In this document: one piece after another, positions 1 to 11,735 of the stretch
How positions within the stretch are numbered: position 1 is the first letter of the stretch
How the letters are laid out: every line of letters starts with the position of its first letter
NCBI GenBank assembly: GCA_965644495.1
Contig: CBFFSA010000012.1
Location: 62,001-126,000 of the forward strand
DNA length: 64,000 nucleotides
From: Perkinsela sp. CCAP 1560/9
Taxonomy: Eukaryota > Protista > Euglenozoa: Kinetoplastea
Reading direction: 5' to 3'
Position numbers and translations under genes: made by a program
The notes under the pieces: generated by a model
What the model was told of the DNA's origin: nothing
Seen by the model: only the letters and a program-made list of their open reading frames with translations
Databases searched by the model: none

Positions 1-1
1 A

Positions 2-2578
2 CCTTCTCCCCCAGCTCTTTCATCAGATGCAATCGTGCCAACTTTAGCTGAAGCAAATTCTTCCGAATCTGTTTCATCTACTACTCCTTCAGTTACTTCG
101 GTTCGTGCCAAGAGAACCAATTCGGCGAAGAAGAATAGAACTGCCATGCAGCGAGATGCTTCCACGGAAGCAGCAGATGGTCCTACCCAGAGCAGATTTG
201 AAATTTCCGATAACGTTCCGTCAGGGAGTTATGTTCCTGTCTCAGTACGACGAGAGTGTACCGCGAGGCTTGAAGAGGAAATGTCGTCCTCTCCATCACA
301 ACAGGCAAGCTCTGTAAGGCAAGTAGTTCGAAAACAGCTTGTACAGGACCCAATGCGGTTTCCCCGTATTTCGACAAAATTCTTTCGTGAACGCTGCTTG
401 GGAATGGATACCCCGCCTGGTAGAACGAAAGATTTGGAGAAGAAAAACAAAGAGTGTCGCGAATACGCCGAGAAATATCCTCGGCCCCATCTCGTGAATA
501 CCATGGGCCAGCGGACTCACATAAAGTGTCGCGACTGTCCGTGGTGGAGTCATTCGCTCCATAACAACCATTACTATCACCATATCAATCACACTTGTTT
601 AGTGCGCGAGGGACAGAGAATCGCAAACGAACCGGAACTTTTTTCACTGACCCCGAACGACAATTCAATGAGTGTAAATGTTTTTGTTCGTCGCTGCGTT
701 CCCTGTCTTGTGGCAAAGACGAACTTGTCATGCAAAGCTGCACACGCTTTACTTCGTAACTATGAAGAATTACGCCCCAAGCGAGCAAATACTGAAGAAA
801 TTCTCAATGCACTCGGCAACAATCACAGGGTCATGCGTGATTGGGAGAAGGACTTGGCCAACGAAATATGGGAAAAAATGATTTCAAAAATCGATATTCA
901 TCCTTTCTTCGGGGTAGCTGTGGATGCTGGGGTTGATTCCGTGCTCAACGAGCACGTATTAGTAGGGGTGGTGTATGTTTCAGATGAGCAATATCTATTA
1001 CCACCCATGTATCATCCGAAGCGGAAGGCATTCAACGGCAAAGAAACAGCTGAGAGTTTGGTTAATACATTGAATTCTATTCTCGGCATTACCCTGGTAC
1101 GAAAAATGAGGTTTTTAATGGTGGATGGCTGTGCCGTTAACCACGTGGCCCGTGATGAGGCAGAAGGAGAATTAAAAAGAATATATGATCGCGTTCAAAG
1201 AATTGGGGAGTCGGACTGGATAAACTTCGGAAACCGGGCCGTGGACATGATGCCACACGTCTCCTTACTATCTTGCTTTGGTCATTTTCTCAATAACCTC
1301 GCGATGGATGCGATGAAACCCTTTCAGGAAACACCCCTTTTTGAACTTAAAAAGCTCTTCAGACAAACATTTTATGGACATGACAAGATCTGTACGAAGA
1401 AGGGGCGGTATCGTGGTGTGGCCCTAGACGTTCTTCTTGGATCTTTCGACGAAGAAACTAACAAAGCGGAACAATTTTTCACTCAATGGTATGGGGGGCT
1501 GTCTAGCAATAAACTGGACGATGAATATCAGACAGAGCTGGTGTGTCAGCTTCGCAGCAGCGTACAAATTTTGAAACAATATGCGCCCGATGAAGCTGAT
1601 ATAATTTTGGCGGAACTGAACGCTCAGCATGAAAATATTCCTCGCTGTCGTGACGCACTTTCATTGTATGGACCTCAAGTAATTGAAGCTGTTCGTAGAG
1701 CAAAGGATGTACACGGCATTACGGCTCCTAAGTTAGGGGGAGTTACTCGCTGGTGCCATGATAAGTTCAGCAGCATTTCCTTCTTTTCTACTCAGTTACC
1801 TACTGTTGTCGCGTTCCTGAAGCAAGAACTGGAAAACCCCCGAGTTTGTCAGTCTGTACGTAAGTGTGCGGATCTTATTGCTCGGGAAGGGGTAGATAAC
1901 CTGGCGACTTCCGCAAAATATTTTCTTGAAGAACTAGCTCCTATCCAGAAAGCGTTACAAAAATTTTCGGATTTAGACGGTACGCCTTTAGCAACGGGAG
2001 TTTGGCCAACTTTAGAAAGATTACGGAAGGCTAGTCGGGTGGGAAGCTGCAGTGAAGCTTTTGAATGTGCCCTCAAGCATCACATAAATCGACTTTCAGT
2101 TCATCACAATATGAAATATTGGGAAGACGTCATGTGGTTTGCACCGGATTTCATTGCACTACGCGCCCGGAAAGCCGGTCTCGAACCAATTCATTTCAGT
2201 CGTGCTAACGACCTTTTTCGAGGCGGTTCTCCCATTTTTCAAATTACGGAAAATGAATGGAATGAATATGTGAATTGCGTCGACTACGAATGGGATTCGC
2301 GAGTGCACAAGTGCGAATTGCATTGGTGGCAAACAGTTGGAGTCTACAAATACCCAGGTATACATCAAGCGGCGATACATTATTTATGGGTACCCCCTTT
2401 AGTGACGAAATGTGATTCTTGGATGTCGGTTATGAACACCAAGTACAACTCCCGTCAATCATCCATGGGCACTCAAACAGTACAAAACTCTATGCTGTTA
2501 CGGGGGAACTACGACAAACTCGGGTATCTTGACAATTTGGAACAGTTAGGATCAGCGGGAAATGGGGATTCGGTGTAA
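2..2578 (+). CDS. hAT-superfamily transposase (frame open to the window start, 5' end probably outside the window)
   Basis: BED-like CxxC...H...H/C (CRDC...HHINHTC); first D in AVDAGVD; second D in MVDGCAVN; CxxH (CFGH); TRW; C-terminal hATC-like dimerisation block (WW...YP...A...L.VP...R.SM). Confidence 0.8.
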   Translation, partial: PSPPALSSDAIVPTLAEANSSESVSSTTPSVTSVRAKRTNSAKKNRTAMQRDASTEAADGPTQSRFEISDNVPSGSYVPVSVRRECTARLEEEMSSSPSQQASSVRQVVRKQLVQDPMRFPRISTKFFRERCLGMDTPPGRTKDLEKKNKECREYAEKYPRPHLVNTMGQRTHIKCRDCPWWSHSLHNNHYYHHINHTCLVREGQRIANEPELFSLTPNDNSMSVNVFVRRCVPCLVAKTNLSCKAAHALLRNYEELRPKRANTEEILNALGNNHRVMRDWEKDLANEIWEKMISKIDIHPFFGVAVDAGVDSVLNEHVLVGVVYVSDEQYLLPPMYHPKRKAFNGKETAESLVNTLNSILGITLVRKMRFLMVDGCAVNHVARDEAEGELKRIYDRVQRIGESDWINFGNRAVDMMPHVSLLSCFGHFLNNLAMDAMKPFQETPLFELKKLFRQTFYGHDKICTKKGRYRGVALDVLLGSFDEETNKAEQFFTQWYGGLSSNKLDDEYQTELVCQLRSSVQILKQYAPDEADIILAELNAQHENIPRCRDALSLYGPQVIEAVRRAKDVHGITAPKLGGVTRWCHDKFSSISFFSTQLPTVVAFLKQELENPRVCQSVRKCADLIAREGVDNLATSAKYFLEELAPIQKALQKFSDLDGTPLATGVWPTLERLRKASRVGSCSEAFECALKHHINRLSVHHNMKYWEDVMWFAPDFIALRARKAGLEPIHFSRANDLFRGGSPIFQITENEWNEYVNCVDYEWDSRVHKCELHWWQTVGVYKYPGIHQAAIHYLWVPPLVTKCDSWMSVMNTKYNSRQSSMGTQTVQNSMLLRGNYDKLGYLDNLEQLGSAGNGDSV

Positions 2579-3169
2579 CTTCTTTCAAGCTTCCGAATTA
2601 CTTAATGGCTCCTGATGCGAGTCTGCTTTTTTTCTGATACGTCATAAATTCATAACCCATTATAATATTGTTATATTGTATTACTGTATAATTATTTATG
2701 TATGGATGTTTCATGTATTGTTCGGAAACTGGTATTTTCTGGGGTTTTTTCCATGTTTTGTCTCATACTTCAGGACCATTAAGGCTAAACTTTTTCCCCA
2801 CACTTAAATTTTTCTTGTATTATTGCAACGCGAGATATTTTGTGCTTAGCTATACGGCAACAGTAAACGTCATAAGCTTATACTATGATAATGACTAGTA
2901 CAGTCATAATTTTCCGTATCTTTTTATTAAACTTCATTAATTACGTATTTGAACATGTTTCAAATAAAAGGTGACGCATTTAACACGGTTAGAACTTCCT
3001 AGCGGTCTGACGAACAATCTGACGACAACCATACGTTGCTACTTTCTTATTCTCTGGTAGTCATCTATTCGTCCGAATACCATAGCAAATTACTGTAGTG
3101 AAAAGAATCCGTCGATCGAAACATTTTTTCAAGTGCTGCACATGAACACAAGAATCCCCCATTTTTTTC

Positions 3170-3258
3170 CTTCGTTCGACGTCGAAAGACCCATTTTTTC
3201 GACGTCGAAAGGCATTCGAAGACGTCGAATTGCAATTTTCGACGTCGAATGACAGCTA
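3170..3258. repeat. Probable right end of the hAT element: palindromic TTCGACGTCGAA subterminal repeats followed by a ...GACAGCTA terminus
   Basis: 3-4 copies of the palindrome between about 3175 and 3249. The reverse complement of the end starts TAG, as in many hATs. The left end is not in the window. Confidence 0.55.
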
Positions 3259-3372
3259 TGACACATGGAATATAAAAATATTTAGTTGTGCTTAATGATG
3301 CTTGATTTACTTGGTACTAAGTTCGGGGTGTGATATTATTAGTCATGCGCAACTAACATACAATTTTCTCGA

Positions 3373-4659
3373 ATGCCACCCACTGTCAGTACGTCGTTCG
3401 GGGGCATACAAGTCCCAACGCGCGGCTGGAGATTCCTTCTTTTGCTATCCAATCTCTCCCCAAACATCACCTCCGAACATCTGGTTGAAATTTCGAAAGC
3501 CGCTTTTTCCTCTCACGCCGGAACCCCTTCTCTTCACGAGCCACTGCTTGTCATCGCAGCTCGACCTTTTACCAAAGAGTTTGCTGGTAATCTTCGTGTT
3601 CCAGATCCTGGATTTCAATCCGCTTTGAATACTTCAAACAACACAACCGGTGACAATCCGGAGGGTAAAGAACAGACGTCGGTCCCTTCGTTGGATATGA
3701 GGCCGCAATTCGAACTCCACACTTCCAAACGTCGCGATGCGGTTCGTCTGTGGGCCATTCTAGGCGGATCCCTACTGGAGGGTCGACCTCTACATGTTAC
3801 ATTGAATGTCGCACACATTGAGCCTCACAAAGATCTTCTCCCGCTCGGGGACTACCGATTCAACTCAAATTCCGATATTGCCAGCGCGGAGCGCGTCCTG
3901 CTGCGTCAACCGTTACGACTGCACCCCCTCCCCCTCACAGGAATCCATGAATTTGACCCCACAAAGGCGCCCAAACCGCCCCATGTCGATACCCGAACCC
4001 ATCGGTCTGCTGAACACTCCGAAAACAAAAGGGGTCGCTACGATCGACGCCGTAGTCTCTCCCCCGACCGACACAATCCTCAACCTCAACGCATCTCACG
4101 TTATCACAATACGCAACGAACTCGATATTCTCCCTCACGACGCTCGTACAGTCCGAGAGGCCTACGTTCCTCTCGTTCCCCGTATGACCGTAGAAGAAGA
4201 AGTCCGACTCGCCGGTACTCACCGGACTCTCCCCCTCATCTTTATCGTTATCCTCATGATCGTGATTATGCGGATAACGATCGAAGGGATCGTTCACGTG
4301 TGCGCCGACGTGAGGATTCATTTTCACGAATGAGTCCACAACGCTCCCGTAGTCACTCCAACGGGTCTCGCTCTCATCACGGAGAGCGACCAAGAGGTAC
4401 AAGAAGGGGAGAGGAGTCGATACAACGACAAAGAGAGGGGGCTCATTTGTCGGGATGCCCCATAGAGGGGTCGATGGAAAGAAACGACAGAGTCGTTCGT
4501 TGTCCTCGCTCTCCCCCTCCCTTGGAAAAGTCTCCAAGCTTAGAGGAGTGGCGGAAAGGGCAATATCCGAAATCACCTCCGCCGTTACCTCTGGGTAATC
4601 ATGGGGGTGCAATGGAGAGTGCGGTACGTAGGCCAAGATCTCCCCCTCCGCTGCCATGA
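3373..4659 (+). CDS. SR-rich RNA-binding protein, RNPS1/SR45-like (split RRM plus RS/RSP region)
   Basis: LSNLSPNITSEHLVEI and GGSLLEGRPLHV resemble the two halves of the RNPS1-type RRM; long RS/SP-rich C-terminal half. Confidence 0.55.
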   Translation: MPPTVSTSFGGIQVPTRGWRFLLLLSNLSPNITSEHLVEISKAAFSSHAGTPSLHEPLLVIAARPFTKEFAGNLRVPDPGFQSALNTSNNTTGDNPEGKEQTSVPSLDMRPQFELHTSKRRDAVRLWAILGGSLLEGRPLHVTLNVAHIEPHKDLLPLGDYRFNSNSDIASAERVLLRQPLRLHPLPLTGIHEFDPTKAPKPPHVDTRTHRSAEHSENKRGRYDRRRSLSPDRHNPQPQRISRYHNTQRTRYSPSRRSYSPRGLRSSRSPYDRRRRSPTRRYSPDSPPHLYRYPHDRDYADNDRRDRSRVRRREDSFSRMSPQRSRSHSNGSRSHHGERPRGTRRGEESIQRQREGAHLSGCPIEGSMERNDRVVRCPRSPPPLEKSPSLEEWRKGQYPKSPPPLPLGNHGGAMESAVRRPRSPPPLP

Positions 4660-5005
4660 GGCCGTGGGTGGAAGGGAAAACCTGTCTCTGTTTTAAAGGG
4701 GGAAAAGGGGGAGCGAGGCAGAAAATGGGGTGGGCAGGAAGAAGGGGTTACGGAGGCGATGAGGAACGGAGCGGGGAAAGAAGTAGGATGCGATGGAAGG
4801 TTTATTTCGGTGTCGAGTCGAGATGCGTGTGAGTAGAAACTTTTTTATGATTTAGTTTCTTGGTCAAGGTGAGTATGTAACCTACTATGGGTGATGTTTT
4901 CACGAATGAACAGAATGAAAAGTGTTCTCTTGGTACAAGACGATTAAAGAATGTTACGAGATACCCAAATACAGAAAGTCGTTATCATAGACCATCTATT
5001 CAACA

Positions 5006-5716
5006 ATGCCTCAGAAACAAGTGAAACTCTTCTTATTTCCGATACTATTTGTTGATATGTTACAGGCAACGTTGGCCGCAGACCAGAATTTGCGTCCCCT
5101 TCGGGCTGCGAAAGTGCGAAACTTACCCCAAACCGCTCCACAAATTGTCGCCATGATACACTTTGTGCAGGGAATGGAAGTATTACATCGTACGTGGAAT
5201 GCGGCTGTCCCGGTATGTAGATGGTCTGGAATAACATGCGATGCAGAATACAAAATCGTAAGTATCGACTGGTGTGCCAGAGCCCTAAAAGGTACAGTCC
5301 AGTTTGAAGAGTTGCCGACCTCTGTAAAACGTATTGATCTTAGTGACGAGGATGGGCACGTCTACATGTATAGAATGCAAGCGGTGAACTATAATGAAAA
5401 TTTGCTGCAGGGAAATTTGCCTCTGTACCGTCTTCCGAACACCATAAAAACTTTGCGACTCACTCGTAATTTATTTTCTGGGGAAGTTGATTTACCGCAT
5501 CTTCCGCCACAACTAGAAGAGCTGTATTTGGCGTTTAATGAATTTGAAGGTCTTGTCGAGTTCCACGATCTGCCTCAGAGTTTACGAACCGTGCGTCTCG
5601 ATGGAAATAAGAAACTTTACGGAGTTATCCATAGAAATCTCCTTCCCCCTGCATTGCAGTCGGCGTGGGGCATTACAATGACTGATACGAGATTGCTCCA
5701 CTGGATCAGCTTTTAG
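5006..5716 (+). CDS. Short leucine-rich repeat protein (LRRNT cap plus LP..L..L.L..N.F.G repeats)
   Basis: CRWSGITC cap; repeated LPxxLxxLxLxxNxFxG. Confidence 0.85.
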   Translation: MPQKQVKLFLFPILFVDMLQATLAADQNLRPLRAAKVRNLPQTAPQIVAMIHFVQGMEVLHRTWNAAVPVCRWSGITCDAEYKIVSIDWCARALKGTVQFEELPTSVKRIDLSDEDGHVYMYRMQAVNYNENLLQGNLPLYRLPNTIKTLRLTRNLFSGEVDLPHLPPQLEELYLAFNEFEGLVEFHDLPQSLRTVRLDGNKKLYGVIHRNLLPPALQSAWGITMTDTRLLHWISF

Positions 5717-6304
5717 ATGATTGAATTGATTGAAAAGAATGGTTTGTTTTTTGCGAGGTTATAAAGAAAAATAGGGAAGTGGAAAACGAGTAAGCGGAAA
5801 GGGGGGAAAGGAGAAAGTGGAAAGTATTTTTCTTTTTGAGTCGCAAAAGAACAAAAAGAAATTGAAAGTATTCTTCACAAAAATGGCCGACACAAAAAGT
5901 ATTGTATTTATAAGTGTCGACCAAAAATTCGTGGTCGATACTAATAATACAATACTTTTTGGCGGGGGTGTATAACTGACAATCTCGGGCAGTTGCCCGA
6001 AAAATAAAAGTTTACTTAAACAAACACATTGAAAATATGTTTCGAAACATTCGAAAAGCATAATTCTTGTAAGAATACAATACAAGCTCCCCTTCCTAGA
6101 CGTATCCGATTGCCTCAATTATCTTTGCAAAAAGTAAAGATGTCACGGACTGGCAATTTACTGTAAAGAAGATTGCAACTCTCTCAGTATTTTTAGGGCG
6201 ATTTGTACTTTATCCTGTTTGTTTCCACTTAGTTTTTGAACAAGACGGACTCATCAGTTAGACTAACATTACTAGAATTATTGATTTAGTTCGCGATAAA
6301 CTTA

Positions 6305-7570
6305 ATGGAAGCCTCCAAGGCATTCTGCATAATTACCAATGTCCCGGAGGAGGTGACATCTGATGCTTTCATCGAATATTTTGAGAGCTGTGGAGAAATT
6401 ACTCAACACCGATTTATTTCGAACTGTTCAGCAGAGCTTTACTTCGCCTCCGCTGACTCTTTGATGCTAGCCGAGACGTTATGCCAGAGTACTGAACTGT
6501 TAGGGAAACGACTAAATTATGTTAAAGAGCATTTCGGAGAAAATTCTTTCCCATTACAACAAGTGCAACCGAAAAGCACAAATACGGAAAACACGCCGCT
6601 CACCGCAGACTCTCCACTTCCCCAGCCGCTAGGAGTACCACATTTTTCCGAGTCTCCAGTAATTTCACATTTGAGCCATATATTGGAACAGAATTCTCGT
6701 GATCGAGAGGTAGATCACACTGAACATGCAGTAAGCAATGCAAATTTCCATGGAGAAACCAAACGACGACGCAGCCCTGACGAAATAAATATCAGCACGC
6801 GTTCTCGCGAGAATAGCTCCGAAAACAAAGGAGAGAATCCTTCTGTTCGAGAAGTCCATGAAGACATTAAGGTAGCGAACGTACCTAGTAGCATTTGTCC
6901 CCGCGAACTGCATCCCGATACGTCACAGAAATTTAGCTATGAAAAAAGAGTTCTCGATCGGACCACTCTCTGTCGTAATATTTTATCTAGCGACTTCTGC
7001 CATTTCGGGAACAGATGTCACTTTGGTCACAGCTACGCAGAAATTATAGATGCCCTCGAAAAGATGTGCAAGCTCCCGAAACGTGAGTCCTCGTCAGCCA
7101 GGGCTCTCTCTCAGCTGATACAACCTCCCCGGAACCCTCCTGCTCTTCCAGTAGGATTTCACGACGAACAGGCAGTGAATAAATTATCTCGACGAGTAGA
7201 AATCTGTCGTAATCTGCTGAACGAAGGGAAATGCTTTAAGGAACAGGAATGTGCCTATGCGCACAGCGGTTTGGAAATAAAAGCAGCAGTTGAAATTTTG
7301 CAGGACTTTTATCGCCAACGCCGAGGTCAAGCATTGGAGAGTAACTTCACGCCTCCTGACACCAAAACAGGAAAAATCACAATGCTAGCCAATTTGAAGC
7401 CACCGGCTCGTGATGTTCGACGAGCGATCGAGTCGCAAATACCTAAGGACACTTTAAAGACATTTAAAAAATGGGGAAAATTGATTAAAGGGAATCAGAA
7501 AATAGAAAAACCGAAAAAAAGAAACCTACCACCTTCTGTAGCAACTCGCCCTCGTAAACGCCGAAAGTAA
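6305..7570 (+). CDS. RRM plus two CCCH zinc-finger protein
   Basis: N-terminal RRM (IITNVP...YFESCGEI); C-x8-C-x5-C-x3-H twice (CRNILSSDFCHFGNRCHFGH, CRNLLNEGKCFKEQECAYAH); basic tail. Confidence 0.8.
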   Translation: MEASKAFCIITNVPEEVTSDAFIEYFESCGEITQHRFISNCSAELYFASADSLMLAETLCQSTELLGKRLNYVKEHFGENSFPLQQVQPKSTNTENTPLTADSPLPQPLGVPHFSESPVISHLSHILEQNSRDREVDHTEHAVSNANFHGETKRRRSPDEINISTRSRENSSENKGENPSVREVHEDIKVANVPSSICPRELHPDTSQKFSYEKRVLDRTTLCRNILSSDFCHFGNRCHFGHSYAEIIDALEKMCKLPKRESSSARALSQLIQPPRNPPALPVGFHDEQAVNKLSRRVEICRNLLNEGKCFKEQECAYAHSGLEIKAAVEILQDFYRQRRGQALESNFTPPDTKTGKITMLANLKPPARDVRRAIESQIPKDTLKTFKKWGKLIKGNQKIEKPKKRNLPPSVATRPRKRRK

Positions 7571-7998
7571 ATGGCTCAACTTTTCGTAACTGCACGTATG
7601 AGTTGTATAAAGCTTGTAGAGTGTTTCAAATCAAAGTATGGAGTTTAAAACTGTAGACTTCCTCCTGTGAATATCCAAACAGTGCTGCACACAGGAAGCT
7701 TGCAAAAGCCACGACATTCAATTCGGATCTCACCCTTCCGTATTGACATTACGGAATGACATTAAATGGCATTCCTCAAATATAGTAAACTTTACTATAT
7801 TTATAGGCTTTACTAAGTAAAGCCTTTTGCCACTAGTTCAGTATACAGTGTAGATTTTTTTGTGCAGTAGAACACTGACAATAAGATCCTAATGAAGAAG
7901 ACACCATTGCATTTTTAGTATGGAACATAAGTTGGAGTTTTGAAAACCTTAGCCTGTAGCAAATTTTACTTTACTGATTCAAATCGAAACAGTCTGAT

Positions 7999-8727
7999 AT
8001 GTGTTCTGCACCATGGAATACGATAGAGAATGATCCAGAAATTTTTGTTAACATGATACGTCGTTGGGGTGTAGAAAAGGTTAACGTGCAGGAAATTTAC
8101 AGTCTGGAGGAGGATACCTATCTCAGTGATTCTTCCGTGATGGGGCTTGTTTTTCTGTTTCAACCAGCCACTATGGGGGCAAAAGAACAGAGTTCCTCTG
8201 AATCCACAAACAAGGAAGACTCCGTCGAGAGCGAAATAATACAGTCTGCCCGCAGACACATTTATTTTGCGCAGCAAACCACGAAGAATGCATGCGCCAC
8301 GCACGCATTACTTCATGTATTGTTCAATCAGGAGCACACGCAGGACACACTCAGTGACGACTTGACTCAATTGTATATGGAAACAACATCCAGTGATCCG
8401 ATTCGACGTGGGAATGCCATTGGCAGAAACGTATTACTCCGAGAAGTTCATAATAGCCTTGGTGCTGTGAACCGACACGCAGAAGGGGTCACTACAAAGG
8501 GAGATGTCCCAGAAGACTATCATTACGTTGCTTATGTCCCATTAGAAGGGCATCTGTGGGAACTTGACGGTCTGGAGCCCCAGCCCATTCACTGCGGAGA
8601 GCTCCATTCATCAGACAAGGATTGGTTAAAATTGGCCATGCGAGTGGTGTCTCTGCGAATACAAAGATTAGCAGATCGCATGCACTCTACTTTCCCTGGC
8701 TTTAGCCTCCTTGCTATTACAAAATAA
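7999..8727 (+). CDS. Ubiquitin C-terminal hydrolase (peptidase C12, UCH37/UCHL5-like catalytic domain only)
   Basis: WNTIENDP, QQTTKNACAT (catalytic Cys), YHYVAY (His), ELDGL (Asp). Confidence 0.9.
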   Translation: MCSAPWNTIENDPEIFVNMIRRWGVEKVNVQEIYSLEEDTYLSDSSVMGLVFLFQPATMGAKEQSSSESTNKEDSVESEIIQSARRHIYFAQQTTKNACATHALLHVLFNQEHTQDTLSDDLTQLYMETTSSDPIRRGNAIGRNVLLREVHNSLGAVNRHAEGVTTKGDVPEDYHYVAYVPLEGHLWELDGLEPQPIHCGELHSSDKDWLKLAMRVVSLRIQRLADRMHSTFPGFSLLAITK

Positions 8728-8964
8728 GTTTCAATAGTCAATTTTCTGCTGCTTCATGTCTTTAATGGAATGTATTTAATGGACAGAAACTAAATATTTT
8801 TGTGCTTTATGGCCACCACATACATGCACGTAACTTTGTATAATGTACATGCACGTAGCTTTGGCCTGTTGTGCACTGTCCGCCCCACATGCACGTGTAC
8901 GTAACCGTTTGACCCGGCTATGCGCAAAATTGGGGCTTAAATTAGGGAAGTAAGGGCTTACGGG

Positions 8965-9330
8965 CAACCAATTTTTTTCAAAAATTATTTTTGAAAAACC
9001 ACAGAAGGGGTAGCCGGGGACCCAAAGGGGCCTTTTTATGTTGGAAGAATGGTGTGGTTAAAGTCGCATGCTCTACCCATTTCGTTCTGTGGGCTATAAT
9101 TCATACCTACGAGTAATTCCTCACATGCAAATGTCGGATTTAGTGCTCTGAGAGCAAAGATACCCCCATTTTTACCCAAAAATCGACTATTTTAGGCTCA
9201 AATCATTTCGGTTTCTTCGGCTTTCCTGGACAAGTTTTCTTTTTTAGCCGCTTCGTTAAACGCGGAGGTAGTTAGCGCGCAGCATGAGCGACTTCTACTT
9301 TAAAAACAATCACCGGGTTTAACGAAGCGA
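8965..9330 (+). mobile_element. Diverged partial copy of hairpin-ended repeat family A
   Basis: Shares GCAAATGTCGGATTTAGTGCTCTGAGAGC and the terminal CTTCGTTAAACGCGG...GTTTAACGAAG fold-back with 62853-63768. Confidence 0.75.
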
Positions 9331-9367
9331 CTAATACTGCATAGGGTGCCTTGTGTAGTGCCTTATA

Positions 9368-10694
9368 ACCCCCCCACAGCCAAAAGTCACCCCCCCCCCA
9401 ACTTTTCAGCCCAGTGTCCGTTTGAACTGATTTTTGTTGCATTTTGCAGATCTCAACACAAAGGCTTTGCGCGCTAAAAACCGGAATCAAAAAAATCATT
9501 CATGATATTGTATATTTAACATTTACCATTTTTTCACTTTTTCGCCTTTCAATCTTATACACGCTTTGAGGCGAGCATCGAAACTCAAAACAGTTTTATC
9601 AGTCATTTTTTGTGGCAAACGAGACCACGCATTGCGTATGCATCGGATGAGTGAGGATTTGTCTGATGGGGTCTTCTCGTCCACTACCTCTTGGACCATA
9701 GACCAGACGTTTTCTATGGGGGAAGGTCTGGTGAATTGGGGGGGCAATTTTTTAATAGATCTTTCATTCTATTCGTAATATACTCCTTAGAGGCGCGTGC
9801 GGTGTGTGCCGTGACCCCGTCTTGCTGAAAAATACACTTCCGTGGGAAAGATACCTTTTTTAACGTTTTAATGTAGGACATGCTCGTGATAGACGAGTCA
9901 GAGCCCAGAAAAACTAAGTATCTCCACCCTACTCCTATAGCACCCCAAACTTGACATCTAGGCGCCCAGCGTACTTTTTGACGTGGAGCGGCTCTTTCAC
10001 CGGGTGCTACCCACATATTCTTTCGGCCATCATTAGTATCAAAGATTTTTTCGTCTGTAAAGACGACGCGAGATGTATCCATATTGTATTTCTTTGAAAA
10101 GGCTACTCTTTTTCTTTTTTGTAACTTTGTGAGTCCTTGGCACACGGGCCTAGCATTATGGTTATACCCCATGATTGAAAGATCATGAAGCACCGTGCTT
10201 TGAGACACTTTAGTACCTCCCCCACTTAGTTTAGCCTTTATTCGCCTAGCCGAGTTAATTTTTGGCACACCGGCGGGATCGAGAGGGGCAATAATTTTCT
10301 TTATTCTATTTCTTCGAGATTCAATACATTGTTTTCGTTCAGGGCTCAAAGTGTATTCTGGGGTCAAGTTTTTTTCGCTAAGGTATTTTCTTACAATCTT
10401 TACTGAGAGGTTAAAATCACGAGACAATTGCTTTTTTGATACACCTTGACCGTATCTCATCCTCAATAGAACTTTTCCACTGTTTGTAAGTCCCCCTTTC
10501 GGCAACCGATATGCGGATTTAGGCATTTTTGGGAAAAAGTTAAAAAAAAAAATTTTTTTTGAAGTTTTTAAAATGAGCTGAAAACAGCGGGAACGTGGAG
10601 ATCTCAAAATTTTGAACGACAAAGCGGTGTCGTAACCCCCTTTACCCCCCCTGTACAAAAAAAAGAGGGGGGTGACTTATTCGCTGTGGGGGGT
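9368..10694 (-). mobile_element. Tc1/mariner (IS630-like) transposon with ~28-bp imperfect TIRs
   Basis: CCCCCCACAGCCAAAAGTCACCCCCC at the left end, GGGGGGTGACTTATTCGCTGTGGGGGG at the right end; encloses the transposase. Confidence 0.8.
9523..10526 (-). pseudogene. Tc1-like DDE transposase with one frameshift near 9722
   Basis: VVFTDEK, VWGAI, FQQDG, PPNSPDL|PIENVW split across two frames; C-terminal RLKACIRLKG. Confidence 0.85.
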
Positions 10695-10860
10695 TTATTA
10701 TACAACCTTCTGTGTCACCAACCTATGTTTTCTTAGCCACTCTCTGCATTTCGATTCGCTCTAGACAGGAGTTTTTCTCGAAGTAAGATTTCTTCGGCAA
10801 ACGAAACATCCTTTACAGGGAATGTGTTAAGTTGAGAGAGTTCTGAATGTGAAAAATGGA

Positions 10861-11525
10861 GAAAAGTACCGAATAATACGTTGCTTAATAATACTTTGCT
10901 TTTAGAAAGTACCGAATAATACGTGTATGTCAACTCTCGTTGTCCACTCTCGTTGGTATTTCATTTGAAAAAAGTAAAATATACAATAGGTAGAGTAGCA
11001 ATGCTCGTTTTTTATGATGACAACAAGACACTGGAGTCTCTGATTACATTCTGATTGAATAGCCTTCTTTCCCCGACTGAACTTTTTTTTTTGAAAATTG
11101 GAAAACGTACTTTCCATAAATGTTTTTGACTTGCTTTTAGAAAGTATCGAATAATACGTGTACGTCGACTCTCGTTGGAATTTCATTTGAAAAAAGTAAA
11201 ATATGCAATAGGTAGAGTAGCAATGCTCGTTTATTATGATGACAACAAGACACTGGAGTCTCTGATTACATTCTGATTGAATAGCCTTCTTTCCCCGACT
11301 GAACTCTTTTTTTTGAAAATTGGAAAACGTACTTTCCATAAATGTTTATGATTTACTTTTAGAAACTATTGAATAATACGTGTACGTCGACTCTCGTTGG
11401 AATTTGTTTTGAAAAAAGTAAAGCATGCAATGCTAGCAAAGCTCATTTTTTATGATGATAACAAGATACTGGAGTCTCTGATTACATTCTGATTGAATAG
11501 CCTTCTTTCCCCGACTGATTTTCTT
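10861..11525. repeat. Tandem repeat, ~235-bp unit, about 2.7 copies
   Basis: TTTTAGAAA...GAATAATACGTGTA...GACAACAAGA.ACTGGAGTCTCTGATTACATTCTGATTGAATAGCC recurs at about 10900, 11135 and 11356. Confidence 0.85.
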
Positions 11526-11735
11526 TTGAAAATGTATGCGAACAGTTAGTGGGAAAATCTGGATGGTAGGATCTACAGTATGCAGGTAGCGCTACGACTA
11601 TAAAGCGTAGGGTGCATTCAGTGCCGTTAATCATGCATTCGTAGAAAATAAAATTTTCTACGTTCATGTAATTCTAGAAAAGAAAAGAATGAACATAGCT
11701 TTTTCATTCCATTTTTTTAGACTATTTATGAATCT

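Noticed and set aside
10733-11667. Minus-strand ORFs
   Set aside because: Translations of the 235-bp tandem repeat.
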